Assembly (NCBI GenBank): GCA_038245905.1
Contig: JBBRRY010000016.1
Location: 15,284-79,283, forward strand
Reading direction: 5' to 3'
From: Thermoanaerobaculia bacterium
GTDB taxonomy: Bacteria; Acidobacteriota; Thermoanaerobaculia; UBA5066
Length of the DNA: 64,000 nucleotides
Below are positions 38,771-48,794 of the stretch, one piece after another. How positions within the stretch are numbered: position 1 is the stretch's first letter; the number at the start of each line of letters is the position of its first letter. Both the position numbers and the translations under genes were made by a program. The notes under the pieces were generated by a model that ran no database searches, had not been told where the DNA came from, and saw nothing but the letters and a program-made list of their open reading frames with translations.

Positions 38771-40347
38771 CAGGAAGAAGAAGATTTCTTTGAAAGGTAA
38801 AGAGAGCGGAGGTCGCCCTTCACCACTTTGCCGTATGCGGTGCGCGGCAGGGCGTCGACGAAGAGGAATTCGCGCGGAACCTTATACTTCGCGAGGCGCC
38901 GCTCGACGAACGCCGCCAGTTCGGCCTTCTCTTCCTCTTCCCCTCTTACCTTCAAAGAAATCTTCTCTTCTCTTGCTCTCTCTCTTCGAACGACGAACGC
39001 CACCCCGACCTCGCCCCACTTCGCGTCCGGGACGCCGACGACCGCGACGTCCTTCACGCCCGGGTGCTGGAAGAGCACGCCTTCGATCTCTGCCGGATAC
39101 ACGTTGACACCGCCCGAGATGAGCATGTCTTTCTTGCGGCCGGCGATCGTGAAGAAGCCGTCGGCGTCCTTCTTCGCGAGATCGCCCGTGTGGAACCAGC
39201 CGTCCTCGTCGAGCGCGGCGGCCGTCGCGTCGGCGTTGCGGTAGTAGCCCGCACAGACGTGCGGCCCGCGCAGCAGCAGCTCGCCGATTTCGCCCACCGG
39301 CACCTCGCCTCCGTCCTCGCCGACGAGGCGCGCCCGGGTGAACATCATCGGTCGCCCGATCGATCCGGCCTTCCGGACGGAGTCCTCGAGGCTCATCGCG
39401 AAGCAGTTCACGCCGACCTCCGTGAGGCCGTAGCCCTGCTTGAAGTTCGCGCCGCGTTTGTGCCACGTCTCGATGATGTCCAGGGGAAGCGGCGCGCCCC
39501 CGCTGACGAAGTAGCGGACGCTCGAGAAATCCGCGGACGAGAACGCCGGGTGCTCCTGCAGCATCCGAAAGATCGTCGGGACGCCGAGGACGACCGTACA
39601 GCGCTCTCTTGCGATCGCGGCGAAGATCTCCTCAGGGTCGAACCCGGCGAAGAGGACGATCGTCCCGCCCACCGCGAGGATCGGCGTGAGGAACGCCCCG
39701 AGGCCGCCGGCGTGGTAGAGCGGCGTATAGATGGGCGACACGTCGTCCTCGCGCAGCTGCCACGAGACGACCGTGTTCACCGCGTTCCACGCGACCATCC
39801 GGTGCGGCACCATCACACCCTTCGGCTTGCCCGTGGTGCCGGAGGTGTAGAGGAGGCAGTAGAGATCCTCCGGATCGGGAGAAGAGAAGATTTCCTTGAA
39901 GGTGGTGCGAGCGGCCGGCGCGCCCCCGGGCACCGCACGATGCGGCGCCAGAGCGTCGAGAGGCACGGCCCTCACCCCTGGACACCTTCTAAGAAGATCT
40001 TCAACGGTCTCGTCGAACGTCGCCCCGAAAATCAGCGCCCGCGGCTCGGCGTCCGAAACCACACTCTCCAGCTCCCCCGCCGTCTGCCGCGTGTTGAGCG
40101 GGACAAAAACGACACCGCTCTTGCCGCAAGCAAAGAAGACGTCCAGGAACTCGACGCAGTTGCCCGCGAGGAGAGCCAGGCGGTCGCCCTTCTTGAGGCC
40201 GAGGCCTTCCGTGAGGGTACGCGCGGCCGCCTGCGCCCGGGCGTCCAGCTCGGCGTACGTGAACCTGCGCCCGGTCGAGATTTCGACGAGTGCTGTCTTC
40301 TCCGGCGAGAGCCGCGCGCGCTCGCCGAGTATGTCGCCCCTGATCAT
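38770..40347 (-). CDS. Acyl-CoA synthetase (AMP-forming, FadD/MenE-like)
   Basis: YTSGTTGKPKG, QGYGLTE, FHTGDL, ISGGVNVYPAEIE, LPRTAYGKV. Confidence 0.93.
   Translation of the reverse strand: MIRGDILGERARLSPEKTALVEISTGRRFTYAELDARAQAAARTLTEGLGLKKGDRLALLAGNCVEFLDVFFACGKSGVVFVPLNTRQTAGELESVVSDAEPRALIFGATFDETVEDLLRRCPGVRAVPLDALAPHRAVPGGAPAARTTFKEIFSSPDPEDLYCLLYTSGTTGKPKGVMVPHRMVAWNAVNTVVSWQLREDDVSPIYTPLYHAGGLGAFLTPILAVGGTIVLFAGFDPEEIFAAIARERCTVVLGVPTIFRMLQEHPAFSSADFSSVRYFVSGGAPLPLDIIETWHKRGANFKQGYGLTEVGVNCFAMSLEDSVRKAGSIGRPMMFTRARLVGEDGGEVPVGEIGELLLRGPHVCAGYYRNADATAAALDEDGWFHTGDLAKKDADGFFTIAGRKKDMLISGGVNVYPAEIEGVLFQHPGVKDVAVVGVPDAKWGEVGVAFVVRRERAREEKISLKVRGEEEEKAELAAFVERRLAKYKVPREFLFVDALPRTAYGKVVKGDLRSLYLSKKSSSS
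38782..38963. repeat. Inverted motif pair at the 3' end of the acyl-CoA synthetase gene
   Basis: 38782-38797 (-) CCTTTCAAAGAAATCT; 38949-38963 (+) CCTTCAAAGAAATCT. Confidence 0.7.
39888..40000. repeat. Inverted motif pair inside the acyl-CoA synthetase gene
   Basis: 39888-39902 (-) CCTTCAAGGAAATCT; 39985-40000 (+) CCTTCTAAGAAGATCT. Confidence 0.65.
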
Positions 40348-41315
40348 GGCCGGATGACCGCCGCAGGGGCCGGCGCGACAACCGGCGGCGACGAAACCGT
40401 CGGAGCCGGAAGTGGGTCGACAAGGACCTTCATGAGCGCCTCGGCGAAGCGGTCGGCGCACTCGACCTGCGGGGCATGGCCGCAGCGCTCGATCGTCGTG
40501 AGCCGTGCAGCGGGAAGTTGCGCGGCGAGGCGGCGGGCGTAGTCGACGGAAACCATTCTGTCCGACGCACCCCAGAGGAGATCCGCGGGAACGTCGAAGC
40601 CGCCGAGCTTTCCGTCAAGGAGGTAGGCGATCAGGTTCTTCGGCTCCACCGCGAGACGGGCGATCGGACCAGTCGCCGCGACACGGATGATGTCGTCGAC
40701 GACGAAGTCGGGGATCATCGGGGCCGACGGATCGCGCAGCGCGGCAAGCGTCCGGTCCGCCTCGGCGCGCGTCTTCGGCTGGAGCGTGAGGTCAGGCCGG
40801 TCGCCGAGGAGCGGGCCGCCGTTCACGAGGACGAGGTGCTGGACCCTCTCGGGATGCTCCTTCGCCCACACCGTCGCGACCCACGCGCCGAGCGAGTTTC
40901 CGACGAGCGTGACCTTGCCCTGCGGGAGCTCCTTCATGGCGCCGTCGAAGCCCGCGAGGAGCGTCGCGAACGGAATCGGTCCGGCGGCCGGCGCGCTGTC
41001 TCCGTGCCCCGCGAGGTCCGGGATGACGACGAGGAAGCTTTTCGCGACTCGCGGCGCGACTTTCGCCCAGCCGCCGGCCTGGTCGCCGGCACCATGGACG
41101 AGGACCACGGGCGCGCCGCGGCCTCCGGAGAACACGCGCTGCGGCCCCACGGCCGATGTCTGAAAATGCTTCTCGAAGCCGGAAAAGGAGAGCCGGCGGC
41201 GGCCGAGCCACGCGAGCGTGGCGAGGGGCCTCTTCCAGAAGATCGCCCCCGCCGCCACTCCGAGAAGGAGGAGAGCGGCGGCGAGGACGAGGACGATCTT
41301 CACCGGGCGCCGCAC
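40344..41315 (-). CDS. Exported/membrane-anchored alpha/beta hydrolase
   Basis: N-terminal hydrophobic segment, VHGAGD, GNSLG, CGHAPQ. Confidence 0.85.
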   Translation of the reverse strand: MRRPVKIVLVLAAALLLLGVAAGAIFWKRPLATLAWLGRRRLSFSGFEKHFQTSAVGPQRVFSGGRGAPVVLVHGAGDQAGGWAKVAPRVAKSFLVVIPDLAGHGDSAPAAGPIPFATLLAGFDGAMKELPQGKVTLVGNSLGAWVATVWAKEHPERVQHLVLVNGGPLLGDRPDLTLQPKTRAEADRTLAALRDPSAPMIPDFVVDDIIRVAATGPIARLAVEPKNLIAYLLDGKLGGFDVPADLLWGASDRMVSVDYARRLAAQLPAARLTTIERCGHAPQVECADRFAEALMKVLVDPLPAPTVSSPPVVAPAPAAVIRP

Positions 41316-41328
41316 GGTGCCCCGGAGC

Positions 41329-42324
41329 CTAGACCATCCGGAAGGCGGCGCCCGCCATGTTGTAGCCGACGCCGGACGCCACGAAGACGACGAGGTCACC
41401 GGTCTTGATCTTGCCGAGGGCGCGAGCGTCGTCGAGCGCCATTGCGACGCTCGCCGAGCCGGTATAGCCCCATTTCTCCATGACCATGTGGGTCTTTTCC
41501 ATGGGAAGCCCGAGGTCCTGCATGACGAGCTCGATCGTCGGCTTGCGCACCTGCGTCAGGAGGAGCATGTCGATGTCGGAGACCGCGAAGCCCCCGTCGG
41601 CCGCCATCTGCCGCACGAGCTTCGGCCATCCTTCGTTGTTGAGCTCGGGCGGATAGCGTTCGATCATCTTCACGGTCGTGCGGCCGGCCTTGAAGGACTC
41701 GTCGGTCACCGGCTCGGCCGTTCCGCCCGAGTGGATCGCCCAGTGCCCGTAATAGGACCCGTCCGCGCGGAAGCCCGAGGCGACGAAGCCGGGCTTCTCC
41801 GACGGCTCGAGCACCGCGGCGCCTGCGCCGTCCCCGAAGAAGAAGATCATCGGGTCGTTCGGGTCCGTGAGCTTGTGCATCATGTAGGCGCCGACCGCGA
41901 CGACCGTCTTGAGGGACTTGTTCGTCGCGATGAGGCCTGCGGCCGTCGCAAGGCACGTCGGGAAGGACGCGCACGCGCAGCCGATGTCGAACGTCCCGGC
42001 GTTCTTCGCGCCGAGCTTGTGCTGGACGACGACGGACGTCGCAGGGGTCACGAAGTCCGGCGAGTCCGTGCCGAGGAGGATGAGGTCCACGTCCTCCGGC
42101 TTCTTCCCGGCAGCGTCGAGAGCCTTCCGCGCCGCGCGGACAGCGAGGTCCGACGTCGCCCAGTCGGGCGGCGCGTACCAGCGGGTCCTGATCCCGCTGC
42201 CCGCCTCCATCTTGTCGACGAACTCGGGAGCGGTCGCCTTGAAGCGCTCGCGGAGCGCGTCGTTCGACACCTCGATCTCCGGCACGTACGAGCCGGTGGA
42301 GACGATCCGGGCCGAGCGGCTCAT
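41329..42324 (-). CDS. KAS III (FabH)-like protein with atypical catalytic residues
   Basis: SGIRTR, DIGCACAS, FGDGAGA; TQVR and GYTGSAS where FabH has HQAN and GNTSAAS. Confidence 0.88.
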   Translation of the reverse strand: MSRSARIVSTGSYVPEIEVSNDALRERFKATAPEFVDKMEAGSGIRTRWYAPPDWATSDLAVRAARKALDAAGKKPEDVDLILLGTDSPDFVTPATSVVVQHKLGAKNAGTFDIGCACASFPTCLATAAGLIATNKSLKTVVAVGAYMMHKLTDPNDPMIFFFGDGAGAAVLEPSEKPGFVASGFRADGSYYGHWAIHSGGTAEPVTDESFKAGRTTVKMIERYPPELNNEGWPKLVRQMAADGGFAVSDIDMLLLTQVRKPTIELVMQDLGLPMEKTHMVMEKWGYTGSASVAMALDDARALGKIKTGDLVVFVASGVGYNMAGAAFRMV

Positions 42325-43085
42325 GTCCCGAGCACCAGCCCGCCGTCGACCGAGAGCGTTGCCCCGTGGACGAACGAGGCCGCGTCGGAAGCGAGCCAGA
42401 AATACGCCTCGGCGATGTCCTCGGGCTTCCCCATCCGCCCGACGGGCGTCTTCGCGACCATCCCCGCGATCACCTTCTCGGGTATCGCCTTGATGATCTC
42501 CGTCGCGACGAAGCCCGGCGCGACCGCGTTGACGCGGATGCCGAACTTCCCGAGCTCACGGGCCCACGTCTGGGTGAACGAGATGACGCCGGCTTTCGTG
42601 GCCGCGTAGTTCGTCTGGCCGAAGTTGCCATAGAGACCGACGACGGAGGACGCGTTCAGGACGACGCCGCTCCCCTGCTTGATCATCTGCGGGGCGGCGG
42701 CTCGCGTGCAGTTGAAGACGCCCCTGAGGTTGACGGCGATCACCTTGTCGAAGTCGGCGTCCGGCATCGTCGAGACGACGGCACCGTCCTTCCACTTGAC
42801 GAGCTGGGAGTCGCGGACGATCCCGGCGTTGTTGACGAGAACGTCGACGCGGCCGAAGCGGGCGACGACCTCTTGGACGGCCTTCTCCACCGCCGCGGAG
42901 TCCGTGACGTCCACCTTTCGTCCCTCGGCGTCGAGCGCGCCCGCCGCCTTGAGCTCCGGGGCGAGCGCGGCGGCTCCCGCCTCGTCCACGTCCCAGGCGG
43001 ACACGGTGCAGCCGCCCCGAGCGAAGCGAAGGGCCGTGGCGCGGCCGATGCCGGCCGCACCTCCCGTCACGATGGCGACGCGCAT
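42321..43085 (-). CDS. SDR, 3-oxoacyl-ACP / acetoacetyl-CoA reductase (FabG/PhaB-like)
   Basis: TGGAAGIG, NNAGI, GNFGQTNYAATK. Confidence 0.9.
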   Translation of the reverse strand: MRVAIVTGGAAGIGRATALRFARGGCTVSAWDVDEAGAAALAPELKAAGALDAEGRKVDVTDSAAVEKAVQEVVARFGRVDVLVNNAGIVRDSQLVKWKDGAVVSTMPDADFDKVIAVNLRGVFNCTRAAAPQMIKQGSGVVLNASSVVGLYGNFGQTNYAATKAGVISFTQTWARELGKFGIRVNAVAPGFVATEIIKAIPEKVIAGMVAKTPVGRMGKPEDIAEAYFWLASDAASFVHGATLSVDGGLVLGT

Positions 43086-43087
43086 CG

Positions 43088-45874
43088 TCAGAACGTGACC
43101 TTGACGCCCATCTGGAATTCGCGCGACGGGAGCGTCGCCGAGTAGTTGCCGTAGTTCGAGTTCGCCTTGTACAGGGCCGCCGGGTTCGCGATCGTCGGGC
43201 CCGCGGTGAACTCGGCGTTGTCGATCGACGTGACGTCGTAGTTGACCGTGTTGAAGAGGTTGAACGCCTCGGCGAGGATCTCGAACCCGAAGCCCGAGAA
43301 GTTGAACGCCTTCGAGACGCGGAGGTTCAAGCTGCTGTAGCGGGGGCCGTCCTGGCCGAAGCGATCGACGCCGTCGAGACGGTCGCCCGTCTTGCCGTCA
43401 CCGTTGTAGTCGTAGCCGCGGCGCTGGGTCCAGGGTTGTCCGCTGCCGTACTCGAAGACGGGCGCGACCGAGATCTGCCACGGGAGCCGGGCGACGCCCG
43501 AGACGACGATCCGCATGCGCTCAGTCGAGCGGGCGCGGCCGTATTCGGCGTCCATGTTCGCCGGGTCGCTCGGATAGCCCGTCGGGAACTCGGGGCTGAA
43601 GTCGTCGTTGATGTTGTGCTTGCTCGCGAACGTCACGGAAGCGGAGACGACATGTCCGCCCCGGATGTTGCCGTTCAGCGCGAAGACGACCGCCTTGTAC
43701 TCCGAGCGGCCGTCGTTCGTGTACTCGTTGACCTGGTCGTACGCCGTGATCGGACGCGTATGCGTGGCGTTGCCGCTCCAGTTCACGTCGCGGATCGCGA
43801 TCTCATTGCGCCCCTTCATGTAGACGCCCTCGACGTCGAGAAACAGTCCCGTCGACCCGAGCTTCGAGGTGAGGCCGAGTGTCGCCTGGGTGGACTGCGG
43901 GGCCTTGAGCTCCGGCGCGAGGAGTCCGATCGCGGGCTTGGACCTGATCCCGGTGTTTTGCGGGTTGTTCGGATCGAGCGTAAATTGCGGGAAACCGAGG
44001 AGTGCTCCGTTCGCGTTCGTGTACGTGATGCGGCCCGTGATGCCGTTCTGCTGGAGCTCCGAGAAGAGCGGCACCATCAGATAGCGGCCCGTGAAAAGAC
44101 CGACGCCGCCGCGCGCGACAAACGCGCCCTTACCGTTGATGTCGTATGAGAAGCCAAGGCGTGGCTGGATGTTCGTCGAGTCGACCTTGCGGCCGTCGAT
44201 CCCGAGAACCGGCTGCTTGAAGTCGGGGTCGTTGCCGTTCGTGTCGAGGTCGTACCGGACGCCGAGGCTGATCGAGAGGTTGGTGATGGGGCGCCAGTCG
44301 TCCTGGACGAAGGCCCCGATCCGGTTCGTGTTCGCCGTCACGTCCGCCGAGCCGACGCCGTAGAGGTAGGCGTAGAGGAAAGCCTTCGTGTCCGTGAGGT
44401 AGTAGAAAAGCCCGGGCGAATACACGTCGATCACCGAACGGTCCACGACGCGCTGGAAGGCCGCGCCGATCTTGACGTCGTGCGTGCCCGCCTTTCCGCC
44501 GAAGTGGAGGTTCAGCGTGTCGCGAAGCTCCCACTGATTCCCATCGCCGAGGAGGTCGCCGTAGAGGCTCCCTCCCGTCTGAAGCGTGGTCCCGCCCGTG
44601 TACCACTCGGTGGGCGCCGTCGAGTTCGGCGGCTCGTCGTACTTGCGCTTTCCATACTGCGCACGGAGCTCGTTGACCGTGTTCGAGCCGAAAACCGCCG
44701 TGTCCCCGACCGTGACGTTCAGGTTGTCGCGATTGAGCTCCTGGCCGTTCGTGACGTCCGCGACGCCGCCGACCCGGAAGTTGTTCTCACGGTAGCGGTC
44801 GTACTCGACCTTCGCCGTGAGCTGATTCGACTCCGTGAAGGACTGGTCGAGTCCGCCGTAAACGAGCGTCTGATGGAACGGGTGCTTGACGTCCGCCGCG
44901 AGCGGCTTGAAGGCGCCCTGCGGCCGGAAGAGGATTGGAGTCGTGGAGTTGATCTGCTCGAAGGACGCGAAGAAGTGCGTCCTGTCCTTGACGATCGGGC
45001 CGCCCACGGTGAAGCCAAACTGGTCGCGCTCGTAGCTGATGGTCGTGTCCTGCTCGAGAGCGCCCTTGGCGCGCAGCGCATCGCCGCGGTAGAAGCCGAA
45101 GAGCGAGCCCGCAAACGTGTTCGTGCCGGACTTCGTCAGGATCGAAAGCGCGCCGCCCGACGAGCCGCCGATTTCGGCGTCGAAGCGGTTGTTGATGACG
45201 CGGAACTCCGAGATCGCGTCCTGCGAGAACTTCGTCTTCGCGAGGCCAAGCGCCGGGTCCGTGAAGTCGACACCGTCCACGAGAATCGTCGACTGGCTCG
45301 CGTTCCCGCCGCCCCCGATTACCGGACCGCCCGAGACGAACCGGAAGGCGCCGCGCTCGCGCTCGACGCCGGGCGCTACGAATGCGAGCCTCTGGAAGTC
45401 GCGGTCCGGCGTGGGGAGGTCCTGGATCTGCTGCGGCGTGATGTTCGTCGAGGAATCTGTCTTGTAGACGTCCACGAGCGGGGCCGACGCGACAACGCTG
45501 ATGCTCTCGCTCCGCTTGCCCTGAAGCGTCGCATTCACGCGCGCGCTCTGACCGACGAGGAGGACGACGCCCTTCTGCTCGACGGTCTCGAAGCCCTGGA
45601 GCTTCACCGAAACGTCGTACGTGCCGGGCGGAAGCGCCGCAAACGATGCGAGGCCTCCCGCGCCGGTGACTCCCGTGCGGGAGAAGCCCGTCGACGGGCG
45701 CTTCAAGTCGACGGTCACGCCGGGAAGCGGCCCGCCGTTCCCGTCCAGGGCCACGACGTCGAGCGACGCCGTCGCCGTCTGTGCGACGGCAGGGAGCGAC
45801 GCGAGCGTTAGAACCATTACGGCGGCGAGCGCGAGCCACCCGTGCGCCATCGCGAACCTCATGCGATTCACCAT
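43088..45874 (-). CDS. TonB-dependent receptor (Oar-like, carboxypeptidase-regulatory N-terminal domain)
   Basis: Signal peptide, LPGVTV, TKSGTN, FVQDDWR, PRLGFSYD, C-terminal Phe; SD AGGAGG. Confidence 0.92.
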   Translation of the reverse strand: MVNRMRFAMAHGWLALAAVMVLTLASLPAVAQTATASLDVVALDGNGGPLPGVTVDLKRPSTGFSRTGVTGAGGLASFAALPPGTYDVSVKLQGFETVEQKGVVLLVGQSARVNATLQGKRSESISVVASAPLVDVYKTDSSTNITPQQIQDLPTPDRDFQRLAFVAPGVERERGAFRFVSGGPVIGGGGNASQSTILVDGVDFTDPALGLAKTKFSQDAISEFRVINNRFDAEIGGSSGGALSILTKSGTNTFAGSLFGFYRGDALRAKGALEQDTTISYERDQFGFTVGGPIVKDRTHFFASFEQINSTTPILFRPQGAFKPLAADVKHPFHQTLVYGGLDQSFTESNQLTAKVEYDRYRENNFRVGGVADVTNGQELNRDNLNVTVGDTAVFGSNTVNELRAQYGKRKYDEPPNSTAPTEWYTGGTTLQTGGSLYGDLLGDGNQWELRDTLNLHFGGKAGTHDVKIGAAFQRVVDRSVIDVYSPGLFYYLTDTKAFLYAYLYGVGSADVTANTNRIGAFVQDDWRPITNLSISLGVRYDLDTNGNDPDFKQPVLGIDGRKVDSTNIQPRLGFSYDINGKGAFVARGGVGLFTGRYLMVPLFSELQQNGITGRITYTNANGALLGFPQFTLDPNNPQNTGIRSKPAIGLLAPELKAPQSTQATLGLTSKLGSTGLFLDVEGVYMKGRNEIAIRDVNWSGNATHTRPITAYDQVNEYTNDGRSEYKAVVFALNGNIRGGHVVSASVTFASKHNINDDFSPEFPTGYPSDPANMDAEYGRARSTERMRIVVSGVARLPWQISVAPVFEYGSGQPWTQRRGYDYNGDGKTGDRLDGVDRFGQDGPRYSSLNLRVSKAFNFSGFGFEILAEAFNLFNTVNYDVTSIDNAEFTAGPTIANPAALYKANSNYGNYSATLPSREFQMGVKVTF

Positions 45875-45906
45875 CTCATCCTCCTGATGCCGCGCGGGCG
45901 GCCAAA

Positions 45907-45922
45907 TCCCGAACACTCGGTA
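45907..45922 (-). promoter_or_regulatory. Putative TetR operator (pseudopalindrome)
   Basis: Minus strand TACCGAGTGTTCGGGA (CCGA-N4-TCGG) at the predicted transcription start. Confidence 0.5.
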
Positions 45923-45929
45923 TGTTTTG

Positions 45930-45959
45930 ACGATACGAGCGAAGAAAGCGGGCTGTCAA
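45930..45959 (-). promoter_or_regulatory. Sigma-70 promoter of the receptor operon
   Basis: Minus strand TTGACA-18 nt-TATCGT. Confidence 0.65.
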
Positions 45960-46008
45960 GCCGAAACTACCCGGTCGCCTCCGAATGACAGCCCTCAGGG
46001 GAAGGCCT

Positions 46009-47871
46009 CTAGCGGCGCTCCCGGGCCCGCAACCGTCCCCGGTTTGCCAGCTTCTCGGTGAGCTGCAGGTTCCGCCGGATCTGCTCGAGCATCTTGGCCT
46101 CGAGGCCGCGACCCGCCGACACGCGCGTGTCACGCCTTTTGGCGCGGCCGAAGGCCTGGCGCGCGGCGCGCGCGTCCCCCAGCGCGAGGTACGCGAGGCC
46201 GAGGTGCGTGAGTCCCGTGGGCGTCTCGCCCAGGTCCGTGGCGCGGCGCAGGCACTCGACCGCACGATCGTATTCGCGGCGCTTGTAGTGGACCCAACCC
46301 TTGGCGGCGAGAGGAAACTGGCGCATCTCCTTCGGCGAGAGCTTGAGCGAGAGATCGGCGAGCTCGAGGGCCGCGTCGAGGTCCTCCCCCATCTCCGCGA
46401 GAGTCGACGCCCTCTGAAAATAGGCGATCGAGCGCGCGTAGTTGGACTTCACGACGCCGAGCATCTCCTCGGCGACGCGGCTGCCTTCGCGAAATTTCCC
46501 CTCTGCCTTCAGGGCCTCGAGGAGCGTCGTGTACGCCGCCGCCGCGACCATCTCGCCCGGCGCGCGGGAGAGGACCCGGCGTGTCGTGGCGACCGCTTCC
46601 GACGTCCGGCCGACGGCCGAGCACAGGAGCGCGTACGCGATGAGAAGCGTCGGGTTCTCCGGGTCGAGCTTCAGCGCGCGCCGATACAGCGCCATCGCCT
46701 TCTGCGGATCGCGCGGCGCGGCCGTCTCCGCTTTCCGCGCGAGCACGGCCGCCTCGCCGACGACCTTCGGGAGCGCACGCGCGCCCGAGGGCGCGAGCAG
46801 CTTCGACGCCTCCTGGTATTCGATACGGTTGGGGTTCAGCTCGAGCGCCGCCTGGAACCGCTCGGCCGCCTTCTGCGTCCATCCGCGGTCGAGATAGCAG
46901 ATGCCGAGCTGATAGAGGGCGTCCTCGTCGTCGGGATCGAGGCGCGCGGCCTTTTGAAAAGCCTCCGTGGCTTCCGTGAGGCGGCCGCGCTCGTACGCGA
47001 TCGTGCCGAGGAGCGAGTACGCCTGCGCGTTCTCGTCGATCGCGACGGCCTTCTTGAGGAACGTCTCCGCCCTGGCGAGCTGCCCCTTGAGCGCAAAGAG
47101 CGCGCCGAGCGTGAAATAGGGCAGAAACGCGTCCGGCTTGACCGCGACCGCTTCCTTGAGAACCTCGAGCGCGTGGTCGGTGCGGCCGGCTTCGTTCTCG
47201 AGGACACCCGTGTACACGAGCGCGTCGAAGTGCTTCGGCTCCTTCGCGAGAACCGCCCGCAGCATCGAGGCGGCGCGATCCGTCTCGCCCTCGTTGAAAT
47301 ACGTCTCGCCGAGGAAGAACGCGAGATCGGCGTTCCCCCTGTCGAGCCGGTAGGCCTCCTCGAGCACCTTGACCGCCTTGTCCGGGTCGAGCGCGTAGAA
47401 CGCGAACTCCGCATCGGAGAGGAGTCCCTTGAAGCGCTCCCGCCGCTCTCCCGAAAAGCCGCCGAGCATCCTCTCCTTGCGCTCGAGGAAACGTTCGCGC
47501 TTCTCCATCGCGGTCATGTGATGGTCGACGCGCGTCTCCCAGAGGTCGAGCAGCTCTTCCTCGACGAGAAGCCCCTTTCGCTCGAGCAGGTCCTTGAGGG
47601 CAAGCAGCCCCGTCTGGGCGACGAAGCCGTTCTTCTCCTGCCGATTCAGGGCTTCGAGCAGCATCTTGAGGGTCTCGGCGCTTCGCTTGACGATCTCCTC
47701 GAGGACGCTGACGCGCTCGAGAAGGTGCTCGTCCATCGAGACGCCCTCTTCCTGCTGCGTGCCCTCTTCGTACGCTTCAGAGGCTCCCGAGACGACGAGA
47801 AGCTTGCTCTGGCACTTGATGCAGTATTCACGCTCGAGCTCGTTCGAGGCCCCGCAGACCTGGCAGATCAC
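46009..47871 (-). CDS. TPR protein with N-terminal zinc ribbon and coiled coil
   Basis: CQVC..CIKC followed by many TPR-like repeats. GTGA coupling to hbd. Confidence 0.85.
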   Translation of the reverse strand: MICQVCGASNELEREYCIKCQSKLLVVSGASEAYEEGTQQEEGVSMDEHLLERVSVLEEIVKRSAETLKMLLEALNRQEKNGFVAQTGLLALKDLLERKGLLVEEELLDLWETRVDHHMTAMEKRERFLERKERMLGGFSGERRERFKGLLSDAEFAFYALDPDKAVKVLEEAYRLDRGNADLAFFLGETYFNEGETDRAASMLRAVLAKEPKHFDALVYTGVLENEAGRTDHALEVLKEAVAVKPDAFLPYFTLGALFALKGQLARAETFLKKAVAIDENAQAYSLLGTIAYERGRLTEATEAFQKAARLDPDDEDALYQLGICYLDRGWTQKAAERFQAALELNPNRIEYQEASKLLAPSGARALPKVVGEAAVLARKAETAAPRDPQKAMALYRRALKLDPENPTLLIAYALLCSAVGRTSEAVATTRRVLSRAPGEMVAAAAYTTLLEALKAEGKFREGSRVAEEMLGVVKSNYARSIAYFQRASTLAEMGEDLDAALELADLSLKLSPKEMRQFPLAAKGWVHYKRREYDRAVECLRRATDLGETPTGLTHLGLAYLALGDARAARQAFGRAKRRDTRVSAGRGLEAKMLEQIRRNLQLTEKLANRGRLRARERR

Positions 47872-48752
47872 GAGAGCCTCTCGCCTCCCGGGCCGTCATA
47901 GCGGTAGAAACCGCGCCCCGTCTTCCGGCCGTGCCAGCCCGCGTCGACCATCTGAACGAGGAGGGGGCAGGGGCGGTACTTGTCGTCACCGAGGCCCCCG
48001 TGAAGGACCCGCAGGATCGCGAGGCACGTGTCGAGGCCGATGAAGTCGGCGAGCGTCAGCGGTCCCATCGGATGGTTCATGCCGAGCTTCATGATCCCGT
48101 CCACAGCGTCCGGCGTCGCGACGCCCTCGTGGACCGCGAAGAACGCCTCGTTCAGCATCGGGAGGAGGATCCGGTTCGAGATGAAGCCGGGGAAGTCGCG
48201 GCACGTGAGAGCGGTCTTTCCCATCTCGCGGGCGAGAGCGAGGATGGTGTCCGTCGTCTCGTCCGACGTCGCGATGCCGCGAATCACCTCGACGAGCGCC
48301 ATGACGGGCACGGGGTTCATGAAGTGCATCCCGATGAAACGGTCGGGTCTCTTCGTGCCCGCCGCGAGCCGCGTGATCGAAATCGACGACGTATTCGTGG
48401 CGAGAATCGTCGCGGGCGGGACGAGCGCGTCGAGACGCGCGAACAGGTCCTTCTTGACGGCTTCATTCTCGAGGATGGCCTCGACGACGAGGCCGGCGTC
48501 GGCCAGCCGTCCGAGATCGGCCGTCGCGGTGACGCGCGCGAGCGCCGCGTCGCGATCGTCAGGACCGACCTTGCCTTTCTCGACCTGACGCGCAAGGTTC
48601 TTCTCGATCGTCTTCAGGCCCTTTCCCGCGAGGTCGGGGGTCACGTCGACGAGCACGACTCTCTTCCCGGCGAGCGCCGCGACGTGCGCGATGCCCGCTC
48701 CCATCTGTCCGGCGCCCACGACGCCAATCGTTGCCGGTGTCATCGAGTCCAC
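47868..48752 (-). CDS. hbd: 3-hydroxybutyryl-CoA dehydrogenase
   Basis: [43 protein letters not shown]. Confidence 0.92.
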   Translation of the reverse strand: MDSMTPATIGVVGAGQMGAGIAHVAALAGKRVVLVDVTPDLAGKGLKTIEKNLARQVEKGKVGPDDRDAALARVTATADLGRLADAGLVVEAILENEAVKKDLFARLDALVPPATILATNTSSISITRLAAGTKRPDRFIGMHFMNPVPVMALVEVIRGIATSDETTDTILALAREMGKTALTCRDFPGFISNRILLPMLNEAFFAVHEGVATPDAVDGIMKLGMNHPMGPLTLADFIGLDTCLAILRVLHGGLGDDKYRPCPLLVQMVDAGWHGRKTGRGFYRYDGPGGERLS

Positions 48753-48794
48753 TTCTCCTTCGCGTGCGACGCGCGGCCGCTCGGCCCGAGCCTA

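Noticed and set aside
38782-38963. Inverted motif pairs as MITE or IS terminal inverted repeats
   Set aside because: The enclosed DNA is conserved in-frame enzyme sequence that differs at every locus. I saw no target-site duplications and no transposase.
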